A DNA stretch of 37,488 nt from Candidatus Methylomirabilota bacterium (lineage in GTDB: Bacteria > Methylomirabilota > Methylomirabilia > Rokubacteriales > CSP1-6): contig JBKPAK010000190.1 in assembly GCA_046726415.1 (NCBI GenBank), positions 1 through 37,488 of the forward strand, given 5' to 3'. Below are positions 1 to 11,533 of the stretch, one piece after another. A program made the position numbers and the translations under genes. A model generated the notes under the pieces. It saw only the letters and a program-made list of their open reading frames with translations, was not told where the DNA came from and ran no database searches. The first letter of the stretch is position 1; every line of letters starts with the position of its first letter.

Positions 1-1086
1 GTCCAGCGCAACGCCTATGCCATCCTCCTCGTGGGCCTTCTGATCGCGCCGCGTCTGGTGCCCGAGTACCTCGTCGATATCGGGCTCGTCTTCATCTACG
101 GGCTCTGCGGCCTGTCGCTCATGGTGCTGGCCGGCTACACGGGCCTGGTGAGCCTGGGCCACGCCGCCTTCCTCGGCATCGGCGCCTACGCGCACGTGTA
201 CTTGGCCCAGAACGTCGGCCTGCCCTGGATCGTCGCCCTGGCGCTGGCCACGGCGCTGACCGCGGCGGCAGGCGTGGTCGTCGGATTGCCCGCCCTGCGC
301 ATGACCGGCGTCTACCTCACCATCGCCACGCTCGCCTTCGCGGTGATCATCCAGGAGGTCTTCACGCGGTGGGAGCACGTCACCGGTGGCCTGAAGGGCA
401 AGGCGGTGGACAAACCGGTGATCTTCGGCGTCTCCTTCGCCGGTGACGCCGCCTTCTACTTCCTGTGCTTGGCCTTCCTGGCGGGCGGCCTGTGGCTCAC
501 CGCTAACCTTCTGCGGACGCCGACCGGGCGTGCCTGGGTGGCCATCCGCGACAGCGAGATCGCCGCGCAGTCGATGGGGGTCAGCCTCCCCGTGTACAAG
601 ACGCTAGCTTTCGCCTACTCCGCGGCCCTCATGGGCGCCGCCGGCGCGCTCTTCGCACACAAGATCGGGTTCCTCGCCCCTGACATCTTCAGCGTCTTGC
701 TCTCGATTCAGTTCTTGTTGATGGTCGTGGTGGGCGGTCTCGGCAGCCTGCACGGCGCCGTCTTCGGCGCCATCTTCGTGGCGTTCCTGCCGGTCGCGAT
801 CGCGCAGGCGCGGGACGCGCTGCCGGGGTGGGTAAGCCAGATGGCCGGCGTCTTGGGTCAGGATGCGGGCCGGGCGGCCTTCCTCGGCGTCGACCATCTG
901 GTCAAGCAGCCGGGGCTCGAGCCCGGCATCTTTGGGCTGATCCTCGTGCTGTTCATCCTCTTCGAGCCCCTCGGCATCTATGGGCGCTGGACCAAGATCA
1001 AGCTCTACTTCTCGCTGTTCCCGCTCTACAAGCGGGCCACCTTCAAGCGCCAGAAGGCGTACATGCGGTCGGAGCGGCTGCGGTGA
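1..1086 (+). CDS. livM: Branched-chain amino acid-type ABC transporter permease (LivM-like), 5'-truncated by window edge
   Basis: Frame open from base 1; hydrophobic TM segments; motifs GYTGLVSLGHAAFLGIGAY, GRAWVAIRDSEIAAQSMG, GGLGSLHGAVFGA. Confidence 0.9.
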   Translation, partial: VQRNAYAILLVGLLIAPRLVPEYLVDIGLVFIYGLCGLSLMVLAGYTGLVSLGHAAFLGIGAYAHVYLAQNVGLPWIVALALATALTAAAGVVVGLPALRMTGVYLTIATLAFAVIIQEVFTRWEHVTGGLKGKAVDKPVIFGVSFAGDAAFYFLCLAFLAGGLWLTANLLRTPTGRAWVAIRDSEIAAQSMGVSLPVYKTLAFAYSAALMGAAGALFAHKIGFLAPDIFSVLLSIQFLLMVVVGGLGSLHGAVFGAIFVAFLPVAIAQARDALPGWVSQMAGVLGQDAGRAAFLGVDHLVKQPGLEPGIFGLILVLFILFEPLGIYGRWTKIKLYFSLFPLYKRATFKRQKAYMRSERLR

Positions 1087-1841
1087 CGTTCTTCGCGGCG
1101 GAGAATCTCGTCATCAACTTCGGCGGCATCCGGGCCCTCGACGGCGTGAGCTTCGAGATGACGGCCGGCGAGGTGTTCACCATCATCGGGCCCAACGCCG
1201 CCGGCAAGACGACCATCTTCAATCTCGTGTCGCGGCTCTACGATCCGAGCCAGGGCCGACTGAGCTTCTGCGGGGAGGACATCACGCGGGTGCCGCCCCA
1301 CCAGATCGCTTGCCGCGGCATCGCCCGGACGTTCCAGAACATCGAGCTGTTCGAGCACGCCACCGTGCTGCAGAACCTGCTTCTCGGCCGCCACGCCCAC
1401 AAGCGTTCGCGGTTCGCTGAGGAGCTCTTGTTCTTGCCCCGCGTGCGCCGGTTGGAACTCGAGCACCGCGAGGCGGTCGAGAAGATCATCGACTTCCTCG
1501 ACCTCATGCCGTATCGCGACAGCCTGGTGGTCAATCTTCCGTACGGCGTGCGCAAGGTGGTGGAGATGGGCCGCGCCCTCTGCGCCGAGCCCAAGCTGCT
1601 CCTCCTCGACGAGCCCTCCTCGGGGCTCAGCGTCGAGGAGACGGCCGACATGGCGTTCTGGATCGAGGATATCCGGAGCCTGCTCGGCATCACCGTGCTC
1701 ATGGTCGAGCACGACATGAGCTTGGTGACCGCCGTCTCCGACCGCGTCCTGGCGCTGAACTACGGCCGGCCCATCGCGCTGGGCACCGCCCGGGAGGTCC
1801 AGGACCATCCCGAGGTGGTCAAGGCATATCTGGGGGTCTGA
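1083..1841 (+). CDS. livG: ABC transporter ATP-binding protein (LivG-like)
   Basis: GTG at 1083 overlaps upstream stop (GTGA); Walker A GPNAAGKTT, RTFQN, LLLLDEP, VEHDM, C-terminal HPEVVKAYLG. Confidence 0.9.
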   Translation: MTFFAAENLVINFGGIRALDGVSFEMTAGEVFTIIGPNAAGKTTIFNLVSRLYDPSQGRLSFCGEDITRVPPHQIACRGIARTFQNIELFEHATVLQNLLLGRHAHKRSRFAEELLFLPRVRRLELEHREAVEKIIDFLDLMPYRDSLVVNLPYGVRKVVEMGRALCAEPKLLLLDEPSSGLSVEETADMAFWIEDIRSLLGITVLMVEHDMSLVTAVSDRVLALNYGRPIALGTAREVQDHPEVVKAYLGV

Positions 1842-1843
1842 GC

Positions 1844-2617
1844 ATGGCCGACGTGCTCCTCGAGGTGAACAACATCGAGACCTATTACGGGCCGATCATG
1901 GCCATCCGGGGGGTCAGCTTCACGGTGGAGCGTGGCTCGATCGTCACCATCCTGGGCGCCAATGGCGCCGGAAAGACGACGATTCTGAAGACCGTGTCGG
2001 GCGTGATGGACCCTCAGAAGGGCGCCGTGCGTTTTGAAGGTCGGGAGATCCAGGGGAGGGACCCGGACAAGGTGATGCGGCTCGGGATCAGCTTGGTGCC
2101 CGAGGGCCGAGAGGTGTTCCCCTTCCTCTCGGTCCGGGAGAATCTTCGGATGGGGGCGTACACGCGCAAGGACGCGGAGGGCATTGCCCGAGACCTGGCC
2201 ATGGTGTACGACTACTTCCCCATCTTGCAATTCCGCGCCGACCAGCGCGCGGGCGAGCTCTCCGGGGGGGAGCAGCAGATGCTGGCCATCAGCCGGGGCC
2301 TCATGTCGCGTCCGAAGATGATGTTGCTGGACGAGCCGTCCCTGGGGCTGGCGCCCAAGCTCGTGAAGGACATCTTCGAGATCATCGTCCGCATCAACCG
2401 GGAGCAGGGCGTGACCGTGCTCCTCGTCGAGCAGAACGCACACATCGCGCTCCAGACCGCGGACTACGGGTACGTGCTCGAGGTGGGCCGCATCGTGATG
2501 GAAGACTCCTGCGCCCGGCTCCTCGAAAAAGAGGACATCAAGGAATTCTATCTGGGGGTGAAGGAATCGAGCGTCCGCGGTGTCCGGCGCTGGAAGCGAA
2601 AAAAGACGTGGCGATGA
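1844..2617 (+). CDS. livF: ABC transporter ATP-binding protein (LivF-like)
   Basis: GANGAGKTT, VPEGREVF, LSGGEQQMLA, LLDEPSLGLAP, LVEQN. Confidence 0.92.
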   Translation: MADVLLEVNNIETYYGPIMAIRGVSFTVERGSIVTILGANGAGKTTILKTVSGVMDPQKGAVRFEGREIQGRDPDKVMRLGISLVPEGREVFPFLSVRENLRMGAYTRKDAEGIARDLAMVYDYFPILQFRADQRAGELSGGEQQMLAISRGLMSRPKMMLLDEPSLGLAPKLVKDIFEIIVRINREQGVTVLLVEQNAHIALQTADYGYVLEVGRIVMEDSCARLLEKEDIKEFYLGVKESSVRGVRRWKRKKTWR

Positions 2618-2642
2618 GCCACGAGCCCGCGAGGATGAAGCG

Positions 2643-4505
2643 ATGAGCGTGACTATGCAGGCACCCGTCGCCGCCTCCGACGACCGCGGATTCACGGTGC
2701 ACGGGCAGGACACCTTGCCACGGCTCTTTCGCCACGTCGTCCGCGCGCGCAGCAACCAGACCGCCATGCGTGAGAAGCATCTCGGGATCTGGCGGTCCAT
2801 CAGCTGGCGAGAATACGGTGAGAAGGCAAGGCAGACCGGGCTGGGCCTGGTCGCCCTCGGCCTGCGCCCGAACGACGTCGTGTCGGTCATCGCTGACCAC
2901 TGCCCGGAGTGGCTGTATACCGACCTCGGCATCATGTCGGTGGGGGGCGTCAGCAACGGGATCTACACGACCGATTCGCCGGCCCAGGTGGAGTACATCG
3001 TCAACGACAGCGGCACCCGCTTCTTCTTCGCCGAGAACGAGGAGCAGCTCGACAAGATCCTGGCGGTCCGCGCGCGCTGCCCGCAGCTCGCCAAGATCGT
3101 CGTCTTCGACACAGAAGGACTGCACGGCTTTCACGACGACCAGGTGACGTCGTTCGAGGCACTCCTGGAGCTGGGCGCGCGCTACGACCGCGATCACCCG
3201 GATGCCTATGACCGCTTGGTGGAGATCGCCCAGCCCTGCGACCTCGCCATCCTCGTGTACACCTCGGGCACCACCGGACCGCCCAAGGGGGCCATGCTGA
3301 GCCACCGCAACATCCTGTTCCAGCTCGGCTACTCCGATTTCCTCACCGCGCCGCGGGAGGGTGATCAGCAGCTCTCCTTCTTGCCGCTGAGCCACGTGGC
3401 GGAACGGACTTTCACCGTGTTCTACCCGCTCAGCTCGGGGGCCACCGTGAACTTCGCGGAGAGCATCGACACGGTGCCGGACAACATCCGGGAAGTGGCG
3501 CCCGCGGTGTTCTTCGCGGTGCCGCGCATCTGGGAGAAGTTCTACTCGGCGGTGGCCCTCCGCATGCGAGAGGCGACCCTGGCCGGCACGCTGGCCTATG
3601 GCTGGGCCATCGGCGTCGGCACGCGGATGGCGGAGCGTCGGATCGAGGGCCGGCGGCCGACGGTGGCCCTTCGCCTCCTCAACCGGGTGGCCGACTTCCT
3701 CGTGCTCGACAACATCCGCCGCTCCATGGGACTGCATCGCGCCCGCGCCGCCGCCACCGGAGCGGCCCCCATCGCCCCCGAGCTGATCAAGTGGTACCTG
3801 GCCCTGGGCATCGATCTGCGCGAGGTGTACGGGCAGACCGAGAACAGCGGACTCGCCACCGCGATGCCTCCCCATCGCATGAAGCTGGGCACGGTGGGGG
3901 TGGCGCGGCCCGGTACCGAGGTGAAGACCTCCCCCGAAGGCGAGATCTTGCTGAAAGGGCCGCATGTCTTCCTCGGCTACTATCGAAATCCCGAGAAGAC
4001 CGCAGAGACGGTGGTCGATGGCTGGCTGCACACGGGCGACGTCGGCGTCATCGACGAGGACGGCTTCGTCCGGATCACCGACCGCATGAAGGACATCATC
4101 ATCACCGCCGGCGGCAAGAACGTCACCCCGTCGGCGATCGAGAACGAGCTCAAATTTTCGCCCTTCATCTCGGACGCAGTGGTCATCGGCGACCAGCGCA
4201 AGTTCCTCTCCTGCCTGGTCATGATCGACCACGAGACCGTGGCGCAGTTCGCCCAGGAGCGCAACGTGCCGTTCACGAACTTCGCCTCGCTCTGCCGCGC
4301 CCGGGAGGTGCAGGATCTCATCTGGAGCGAGATCGAGCGGGTGAACCGGCAGCTGGCCCGGGTGGAGACTATCAAGAAGTTTCGCCTCATCGAGCAGATC
4401 CTTACCCCCGAGGATGAGGAGATCACCCCTACCATGAAGTTGAAGCGCCGCTTGGTGAACCGCAAGTACAAGGATCTCATCGACGGCATGTACGAAGAGG
4501 CCTGA
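2643..4505 (+). CDS. Long-chain fatty acid-CoA ligase / AMP-dependent synthetase
   Basis: AMP-binding motif YTSGTTGPPKG, YGQTE, GWLHTGD, DRMKDIIITAGGKN, TPTMKLKR; start at ATG 2643 (or 2655) after GAGG. Confidence 0.9.
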   Translation: MSVTMQAPVAASDDRGFTVHGQDTLPRLFRHVVRARSNQTAMREKHLGIWRSISWREYGEKARQTGLGLVALGLRPNDVVSVIADHCPEWLYTDLGIMSVGGVSNGIYTTDSPAQVEYIVNDSGTRFFFAENEEQLDKILAVRARCPQLAKIVVFDTEGLHGFHDDQVTSFEALLELGARYDRDHPDAYDRLVEIAQPCDLAILVYTSGTTGPPKGAMLSHRNILFQLGYSDFLTAPREGDQQLSFLPLSHVAERTFTVFYPLSSGATVNFAESIDTVPDNIREVAPAVFFAVPRIWEKFYSAVALRMREATLAGTLAYGWAIGVGTRMAERRIEGRRPTVALRLLNRVADFLVLDNIRRSMGLHRARAAATGAAPIAPELIKWYLALGIDLREVYGQTENSGLATAMPPHRMKLGTVGVARPGTEVKTSPEGEILLKGPHVFLGYYRNPEKTAETVVDGWLHTGDVGVIDEDGFVRITDRMKDIIITAGGKNVTPSAIENELKFSPFISDAVVIGDQRKFLSCLVMIDHETVAQFAQERNVPFTNFASLCRAREVQDLIWSEIERVNRQLARVETIKKFRLIEQILTPEDEEITPTMKLKRRLVNRKYKDLIDGMYEEA

Positions 4506-4549
4506 CGGTTGCCGCCCGAGGCGGCGGTCACGGCGAAAGGAGTGAGTCC

Positions 4550-5725
4550 ATGAAGAAGGCTCTGGCAGTGGGCGTGCTGGCGGGCGCGGTGGCGCTGGCC
4601 GGCGCGGCGATGGCCCAGAAGGAGGCGCGAGGCATCACCAAGACGGAGATCGTGCTCGGCATGCACACGGATCTCTCGGGGCCGGCCGCCACCTACGGCG
4701 TGTCGTCCTCGAACGCGGTGAGGATGCGGTTCGACGAGGTGAACGACAAGGGCGGTATCCACGGCCGCAAGATCAAGCTGATCGTCGAGGACACGCAGTA
4801 CCAGGTGCCGCGCGCCGTGCAGGCGGGCACCAAGCTGATCAACCGCGATCGCATCTTCGCGATGGTGGCGCCGCTGGGTACCCCCATGAACAACGCCCTC
4901 TTCAAGGACCAGTTCGAGGCGGGGGTTCCGAACCTGTTCCCGCTTTCGGCCGCGCGCTCGATGTACGAACCGTTCAACAAGCTGAAATTCTACGGGGCCG
5001 CCTCCTACGTCGACCAGATCCGCGCGGGCATCCAGTACTTCGTGGCCAAGAAGGGCAAGAAGGCGCTCTGCGCCATGTATCAGGACACCGACTTCGGCAA
5101 GGAAGTGCTGGACGGCGTGCAGCAGCAGGCCGAGAAGCTGAAGATCAAGGTCGTGGAGACCGTCACCCACAAGCCCACCGACCAGGATTTCACCGCGCAG
5201 ATCACCAAGCTCAAAGGGGCCGGCTGCGATCTGGTCGCGCTCGGCACCATCGTGCGCGACTCCATCGTGCCCTACGCGACGGCGCGCAAGATCGGCTGGA
5301 CGGACGTCGATTTCCTCGGCTCCGCGGCGACCTATGACCTCTTCGTGGCGGCCGCCCAGGGCGGAGTGACGGAAGGACTCTACGCCATGGGGCTGACCGA
5401 CATGCCCTATCGCGATACCTTGAGCCCCGCCGCCCAGGCATGGTTCGATCGCTACAAGGACCGATTCAAGGCCGATCCGAACATCGGCGCCGTGTACGGC
5501 CACGTGGCCGCCGACCTCACCGTGGTGGGGCTCGACAAGGCTGGTTCCGACCTCACTCTAGACAGCTTCGTGAAGGGGCTGGAGTCCATCCGGGGCTATC
5601 GCGACATTTTCAACGGCCCGGAAGTGAGCTTCGGTCCAGACAAGCACCAGGGAGCGAACTCGTCGTTCCTAGCGGTGGTGAAGGGCGGTCGCTGGGTGCG
5701 GGTGACCGAGCCGCTCGGATTCTAG
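4550..5725 (+). CDS. ABC transporter substrate-binding protein (LivK/Peripla_BP_6 family)
   Basis: Signal peptide ending AMA; DLSGPAA, N-x-KGGIHGRKIKLIVED; SD AAAGGAG upstream. Confidence 0.9.
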   Translation: MKKALAVGVLAGAVALAGAAMAQKEARGITKTEIVLGMHTDLSGPAATYGVSSSNAVRMRFDEVNDKGGIHGRKIKLIVEDTQYQVPRAVQAGTKLINRDRIFAMVAPLGTPMNNALFKDQFEAGVPNLFPLSAARSMYEPFNKLKFYGAASYVDQIRAGIQYFVAKKGKKALCAMYQDTDFGKEVLDGVQQQAEKLKIKVVETVTHKPTDQDFTAQITKLKGAGCDLVALGTIVRDSIVPYATARKIGWTDVDFLGSAATYDLFVAAAQGGVTEGLYAMGLTDMPYRDTLSPAAQAWFDRYKDRFKADPNIGAVYGHVAADLTVVGLDKAGSDLTLDSFVKGLESIRGYRDIFNGPEVSFGPDKHQGANSSFLAVVKGGRWVRVTEPLGF

Positions 5726-5737
5726 CCGCGGGAGGAT

Positions 5738-5810
5738 TCGAGGAGCGGCCCGGGTTGCCCGGGACGCTTCCGAGCGTTGGGGGCATGGGGGCCAGGTCGG
5801 GGCCCCCATC
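5738..5810 (+). repeat. Dispersed two-hairpin intergenic repeat, copy 1
   Basis: TCGAGGAGCGGCCCGGG-TTG-CCCGGGACGCTTCCGA followed by ATGGGGGCC-AGGTCGG-GGCCCCCAT; homologous to 22685-22758 and 35295-35449. Confidence 0.8.
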
Positions 5811-5826
5811 TGCAAAGGAGGAGAGC

Positions 5827-6558
5827 GTGAGCAAGAGCGTCGTCACCCCCGAACGGTTCGCCAAGGGCATGACCTTCGACGAGTACGTGAAGTACGCGGG
5901 CAGTGCCGAGAATCTCGCGCGTGAAGCCTTCGGTGGCTACTTCCCCGACGCCGGATCATTCGGTGCCGCACGCAAGGACAACAGCGCCGTGCTGCGTGAG
6001 CGCTACATGAGGGCGCGTCTCGACGACCATCAGACGGCGGCCATCAGATGGCTCGCCGCCCAGCCCCACGGGCCCGCGAAGATCCTGGTCATCTCGGAGG
6101 ACTGGTCCTCGGATTGCCGCCGCGACGTACCGATGCTGGCGCGCCTGGCCGAGGCGAGCGGGATGGAGCTGCGCATCTTCAATCGCGACGGCACGAAGAT
6201 CCTGGGGACGCGACGCCCCGATCCCGCCGCCGCTCCCGACGCCAATCACGACCTCATGCTCGAGTTCATGAACAGGAAGAACAGCGGGGAATGGGCCTCG
6301 ATCCCGGTGGCCGTCTTCTACACGCCGGACCTCCAAGAACTCCACCGCTACATCGAGTACCCGGCGATCTATCACAAGGACCGAATGCGTGGCTATCAGC
6401 AGGCCGCGCAGCCCGGCGAGACCGAGGTTCAGACGAAGGAGCGCGCCGCGCGTGAGTTCCAGGCGCTGCAGGCCTCGCCCTTCTTCGACGTGTGGGCGAG
6501 CGCGGCGGTCGACGAGATCATCAGCGCGCTCCACGAGAGGCTGGTGATCAAAGCCTGA
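5827..6558 (+). CDS. Thioredoxin-fold protein (Thioredoxin_9-like) with SxxC motif
   Basis: GTG start after AAGGAG; GMTFDEYV N-terminus, ILVISEDWSSDCRRDVP, cis-Pro-like SIPVAVF. Confidence 0.75.
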   Translation: MSKSVVTPERFAKGMTFDEYVKYAGSAENLAREAFGGYFPDAGSFGAARKDNSAVLRERYMRARLDDHQTAAIRWLAAQPHGPAKILVISEDWSSDCRRDVPMLARLAEASGMELRIFNRDGTKILGTRRPDPAAAPDANHDLMLEFMNRKNSGEWASIPVAVFYTPDLQELHRYIEYPAIYHKDRMRGYQQAAQPGETEVQTKERAAREFQALQASPFFDVWASAAVDEIISALHERLVIKA

Positions 6559-6594
6559 CCGTCGCCGTTCTGGGCGAACCCGCATCGTGCCCGA

Positions 6595-7838
6595 TCATGG
6601 GGTCCGACGACGTGGGCGGGCGAGCCAGAAGCACGCCGACCCCAGCGCGCAGAAGCCGACCGCGATCAGGAAGGCGACGCGATAGCTGCCGGTCAGATCG
6701 TGCACGACGCCGCTGAACCAGGGCGCCACACCGCCGCCGATGCCGTTGCCGACGCTCAGGACGCCGTAGATGGCCCCGAAGCGCCGGCCGGGGAAGAGCT
6801 GGGCGGCGATCGCGGTGATGATGGGGCCGCGGGCGCCAAAGCCGAGCCCGAAGAAGAGCGCGTAGGCGTAGAGCGCCGCCGAATGTGGCCACACCTCGAG
6901 TCCAAGCAGGCAGAGCGTTCCCACTGCCGTGCAGCCGTAGGAGATGGTGGCCGAGGTGGCGCGCCCGATCCGATCGGCAGCGATGCCGAAACCGATCCTG
7001 CCCACCACCGAGAGCAGACCGGTGAGCCCGAAGACGCTCGCCACGAACAGGCGCGGGAACCCGTGGTCCACCGCGAAAGCCACCTGATGGGTGACCACCG
7101 AGAAGACGGCCAGCGGCGTACAGAGGTAGGCGAAGAACAGCGCCCAGAAGGCCCGTGTCCGCAGGGCTTCGCGGACCTCCCACCCCGCGCCGTCGGATGG
7201 CCACGCAGCGGCGCGCGCGTCGCGCAGACCGGGCGCCGCCACCCCAGGCGCTTCCCGCACGCCCAGCCAGATGAGGGGGACGAGCACAACGAGCGTGCCG
7301 AGGCCAAGGACGAGGTAGGCGGCGCGCCAGCCATATCCGGCGATCAGCCACTGGGCGAGCGGGCCGATCGCCAGCACGCCCGCCCCCATGCCCGAGAAGG
7401 CCAGGCCCATCATGCTGCTTCGGCGCGTGGCGAACCATCGCGCGATCAACGCCCCGCTCGGAATCCAGCTCACCGCACAGACCCCAGCCGCGGCCAGCAC
7501 CCCCGTCACCGTGTACAGCGACCATAGCGATCCGATCTGACTCGACAGGGCACACGCCCCACCGAGCAGGGCCGCCCCGCCGAGCATGACCCGGCGCGGC
7601 CCCAGGCGGTCCACGAGGATTCCCACCACGGGCGAGAGCATTCCCTGCACGATCGACGAGAGCGAGAACGCGGCCGCGGTGGCCCCCCGAGACCAGCCGA
7701 ACTCCTCCAGGAGCGCCACGAAGAATATCGGGAACGAGAAGTAAAGGCCGGAGGCGATGGCCAGAGGGTGACCCACACCGCGCCGACCACCATCCACGGA
7801 AGGCGGGCATCGCGGGCCGAGGGCGGGGAGGTCGACAT
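6595..7838 (-). pseudogene. MFS transporter (OFA/MCT-like) with a frameshift near 7763-7766
   Basis: N-terminus MSTSPPSARDARLPWMVVGAVWVTL is in a different frame from AIASGLYFSFPIFF...; motif A GILVDRLGPRR; removing one CT from ACC CTCTG GCC restores the frame. Confidence 0.8.
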
Positions 7839-7987
7839 CTGGCGATCATATGCTCGCGACACCCAAGAGTGGATCGCGCTCGGGACGCGCTCGGCCACCG
7901 GGGCGATGAGTCCAGACGAAATCGGCTACGATGCACCCCGGTGGAAGGATCGGGCCGTCACCAACATTCCCACCCGAGGAGTGAGAC

Positions 7988-9082
7988 ATGATTCTCGAGC
8001 GCTTCAAGGTCCCCCCGAAAGACCAGGTCCTCGTCTCGGAAGCGGCGCTGCGGCGGACGGTGACGCAGATCTTCGAGAAGCTGGGCGTGTGCCCCGAAGA
8101 TTCCGCGGAAGGCGCCGATGTGCTGACAATGACGGACCTCCGCGGGGTCGAGACGCATGGCGTGTCGAACATGCTGCGGGCGTACGTCCGAGACTACAAG
8201 GCCGGCAAGTTGGATCCTCGTCCTGGTTGGCGGGTGGTGCGTGAGTCGCCCGGCACGGCGGTGATCGACGCCGAGCGGCGGCTGGGCATCATCGTCGGGC
8301 CGAAGGCGATGCGCCTGGCCGTCGACAAGGCCAGGAGCGTCGGCGTCGGCGTGGTGACCGTCTATAACAGCGGGCACTTTGGGGCGATCGGCCATTACGC
8401 CATGCAGGCCGCCCTCCACGACATGGTGGGAGTCTGCTTCACCGGGGCCGGGCTGAGTGTGGTTCCCACATTTGCCTCGAAGCCGCTTCTGGGCACCAAC
8501 CCGATCGCCCTGGCGGCCCCCGCGCGCCACGAGGCACCGATGCTCTTCGACGCCGCGACCTCCGCGATCGCGGGCAACAAGATCCGGTTGGCCATGCGGG
8601 TCGGCTCGCCGCTGCTGCCTGGTTGGGTCACGGACAAAGACGGCACCCCGATCATGGAGGAGAAACCCATCTTTGACCGCGATGACTTTTACCAGGCCCC
8701 ACTGGGCGGGACACGAGAGCAGGGCTCCCACAAGGGCTACGGCTTCGCCCTCATGGCCGAGGTGCTGTCGACGGTCCTGGCGGGCGCACTCCCCACGATG
8801 CTGGTGCCCGGGAGCGGGTCCAAGAATCACTTTGCCGCGTACAACATCGAGGCCTTCACCGACCTCGAGCAGTTCAAGGACACCATGGACCAGATGCTGA
8901 AAACACTGAGAACGGCGACGCCAGTGGCGGGACAGGACCGCGTCCTCTATCCGGGACTGTCGGAGGCTGAGGAGATCCAGCGCCGCCGGGCTCAGGGGAT
9001 CCCGCTCCACAAAGAGGTGCTTCAGTGGTTCGCCGAGTGCACGACCGACCTGGGCATTGCGCCTCTGGCGACCTTGCGTTGA
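7988..9082 (+). CDS. Ldh_2-family (malate/L-lactate/ureidoglycolate-type) NAD(P)-dependent oxidoreductase
   Basis: DLRGVETHGV, NSGHFGAIGHYA, GTNPIA, FDAATS, GSHKGYG, VLYPG. Confidence 0.9.
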   Translation: MILERFKVPPKDQVLVSEAALRRTVTQIFEKLGVCPEDSAEGADVLTMTDLRGVETHGVSNMLRAYVRDYKAGKLDPRPGWRVVRESPGTAVIDAERRLGIIVGPKAMRLAVDKARSVGVGVVTVYNSGHFGAIGHYAMQAALHDMVGVCFTGAGLSVVPTFASKPLLGTNPIALAAPARHEAPMLFDAATSAIAGNKIRLAMRVGSPLLPGWVTDKDGTPIMEEKPIFDRDDFYQAPLGGTREQGSHKGYGFALMAEVLSTVLAGALPTMLVPGSGSKNHFAAYNIEAFTDLEQFKDTMDQMLKTLRTATPVAGQDRVLYPGLSEAEEIQRRRAQGIPLHKEVLQWFAECTTDLGIAPLATLR

Positions 9083-9149
9083 ACGCGCCCCGGAAAGCCG
9101 AGGGAGGAAGCCGGGCTGGCCGATGATCTTCCTGGGCGCCCGCGGCTGA

Positions 9150-9278
9150 TCACGCCGCGTTCAGCGCAGCGTAGACCCCGCTCTCGAACTGCCCGTAGAC
9201 CTTCAAGGTGCGAGGGTCGGCGAAGGGAAGGATCTGCGTCATGATCAGCCCCGTGACGCGCTTGGTCGGGTCGAGCCA
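9150..9278 (-). pseudogene. 3' remnant of a beta-lactamase-family serine hydrolase/esterase gene
   Basis: Manual translation WLDPTKRVTGLIMTQILPFADPRTLKVYGQFESGVYAALNAA* resembles the C-terminus of class C beta-lactamase-like esterases; upstream part absent. Confidence 0.65.
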
Positions 9279-9468
9279 GGGTGGCGCGCAGAATCGCCCT
9301 CCCAGGAGATCAAGTCAAGGTGCTGATCGCGACCGTCCGCGCGCCTAGATCGACCTGGCCATGTTGTCGCGCCCCATCCGATCTGCTAACGTGACCGGAG
9401 GGCGCGACCCAGGTGTCTGATGACAACCGCCATAGGCCCGTGAAATCCGGTTCCGGGCTTACGAGCCC

Positions 9469-10286
9469 ATGAGTTCCGGGACGCCGCCGGGTGCTCCCGC
9501 GACGTGGCAGACGCTTCTCGCTGCTCCGGCGCCCGGCCAACATGTTGGGCAGCTCTGCACGGAGCCGGGATTCCTCGGCCGCGCGGTCGGAGGGTTCGCG
9601 GGCGCCGGGCTTCGCGCAGGCGACGCCATCATCATTATCGCCACCCCGGCCCACTGGCAGGAGATCACGGGCCCGCTCGAGGCTCAGCGTTTCGATCTCG
9701 ACGAGCTTCAGGGTCGCGGGCAGCTCACCGTCCTCAATGCCGCCTCGTGCTTGGCCCAATTGCTCGTCGACGACATACCGGATCCCGAGCGGTTTCGCGC
9801 CGTGATCGGCGGCGCGGCGGATGCGGTCAGGCGTGCGGGGTACCAGCGCGTCCGCGCGTTCGGTGAGATCGTGGATCTACTCCGGCAGACGGACCTGACC
9901 GCGGCGATTCGCCTCGAAGAGCTGTGGAACGAGTGGCTCGCCGCGCAGGGGAAGTCCCTCCTGTGCGGCTACTCGGTGGACGCGTTCGATCATCGCGCCT
10001 ACCGCGGGCTCCTCCAGGCGGTCTGCACCGCGCACTCTGATCTGATCCCGGTCGAGGACTACGCGCGACTCGAGCAGGCGGTCGAGCGCGCGTACGCGGA
10101 TGTTTTCGGATCCGCCGGCGACGCCGACGGTCTGCGCCAGGCGTTCCTGGCCGAGTACGCCTGGCCGACGGCCATGCCCGATGCGCAGGCGGCGCTCCTG
10201 GCCGCCCGCGAATTCCTCCCCCGGACGCTCGATGAGCTGCTGGAGAAGGCGCGCCACCACTACCATGCCCCCGCCGGTGAGCGGGC

Positions 10287-10293
<7 letters not shown>
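9469..10293 (+). CDS. MEDS (DcmR-like sensory) domain protein
   Basis: GLRAGDAIIIIATPAH, GQLTVLNA, RVRAFGEIVDLL, AAIRLEELWNE, LLCGY, VCTAHS. Confidence 0.8.
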
Positions 10294-11522
<1,229 letters not shown>

Positions 11523-11533
11523 TCGCCGAGCGG

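Noticed and set aside
5440..5826. N-terminal extensions in the ORF track (also 828, 2580, 13908, 22445, 29553, 30587, 32291, 32812)
   Set aside because: They overlap upstream genes or repeats; downstream starts have SD sequences or stop-start coupling and match family N-termini.
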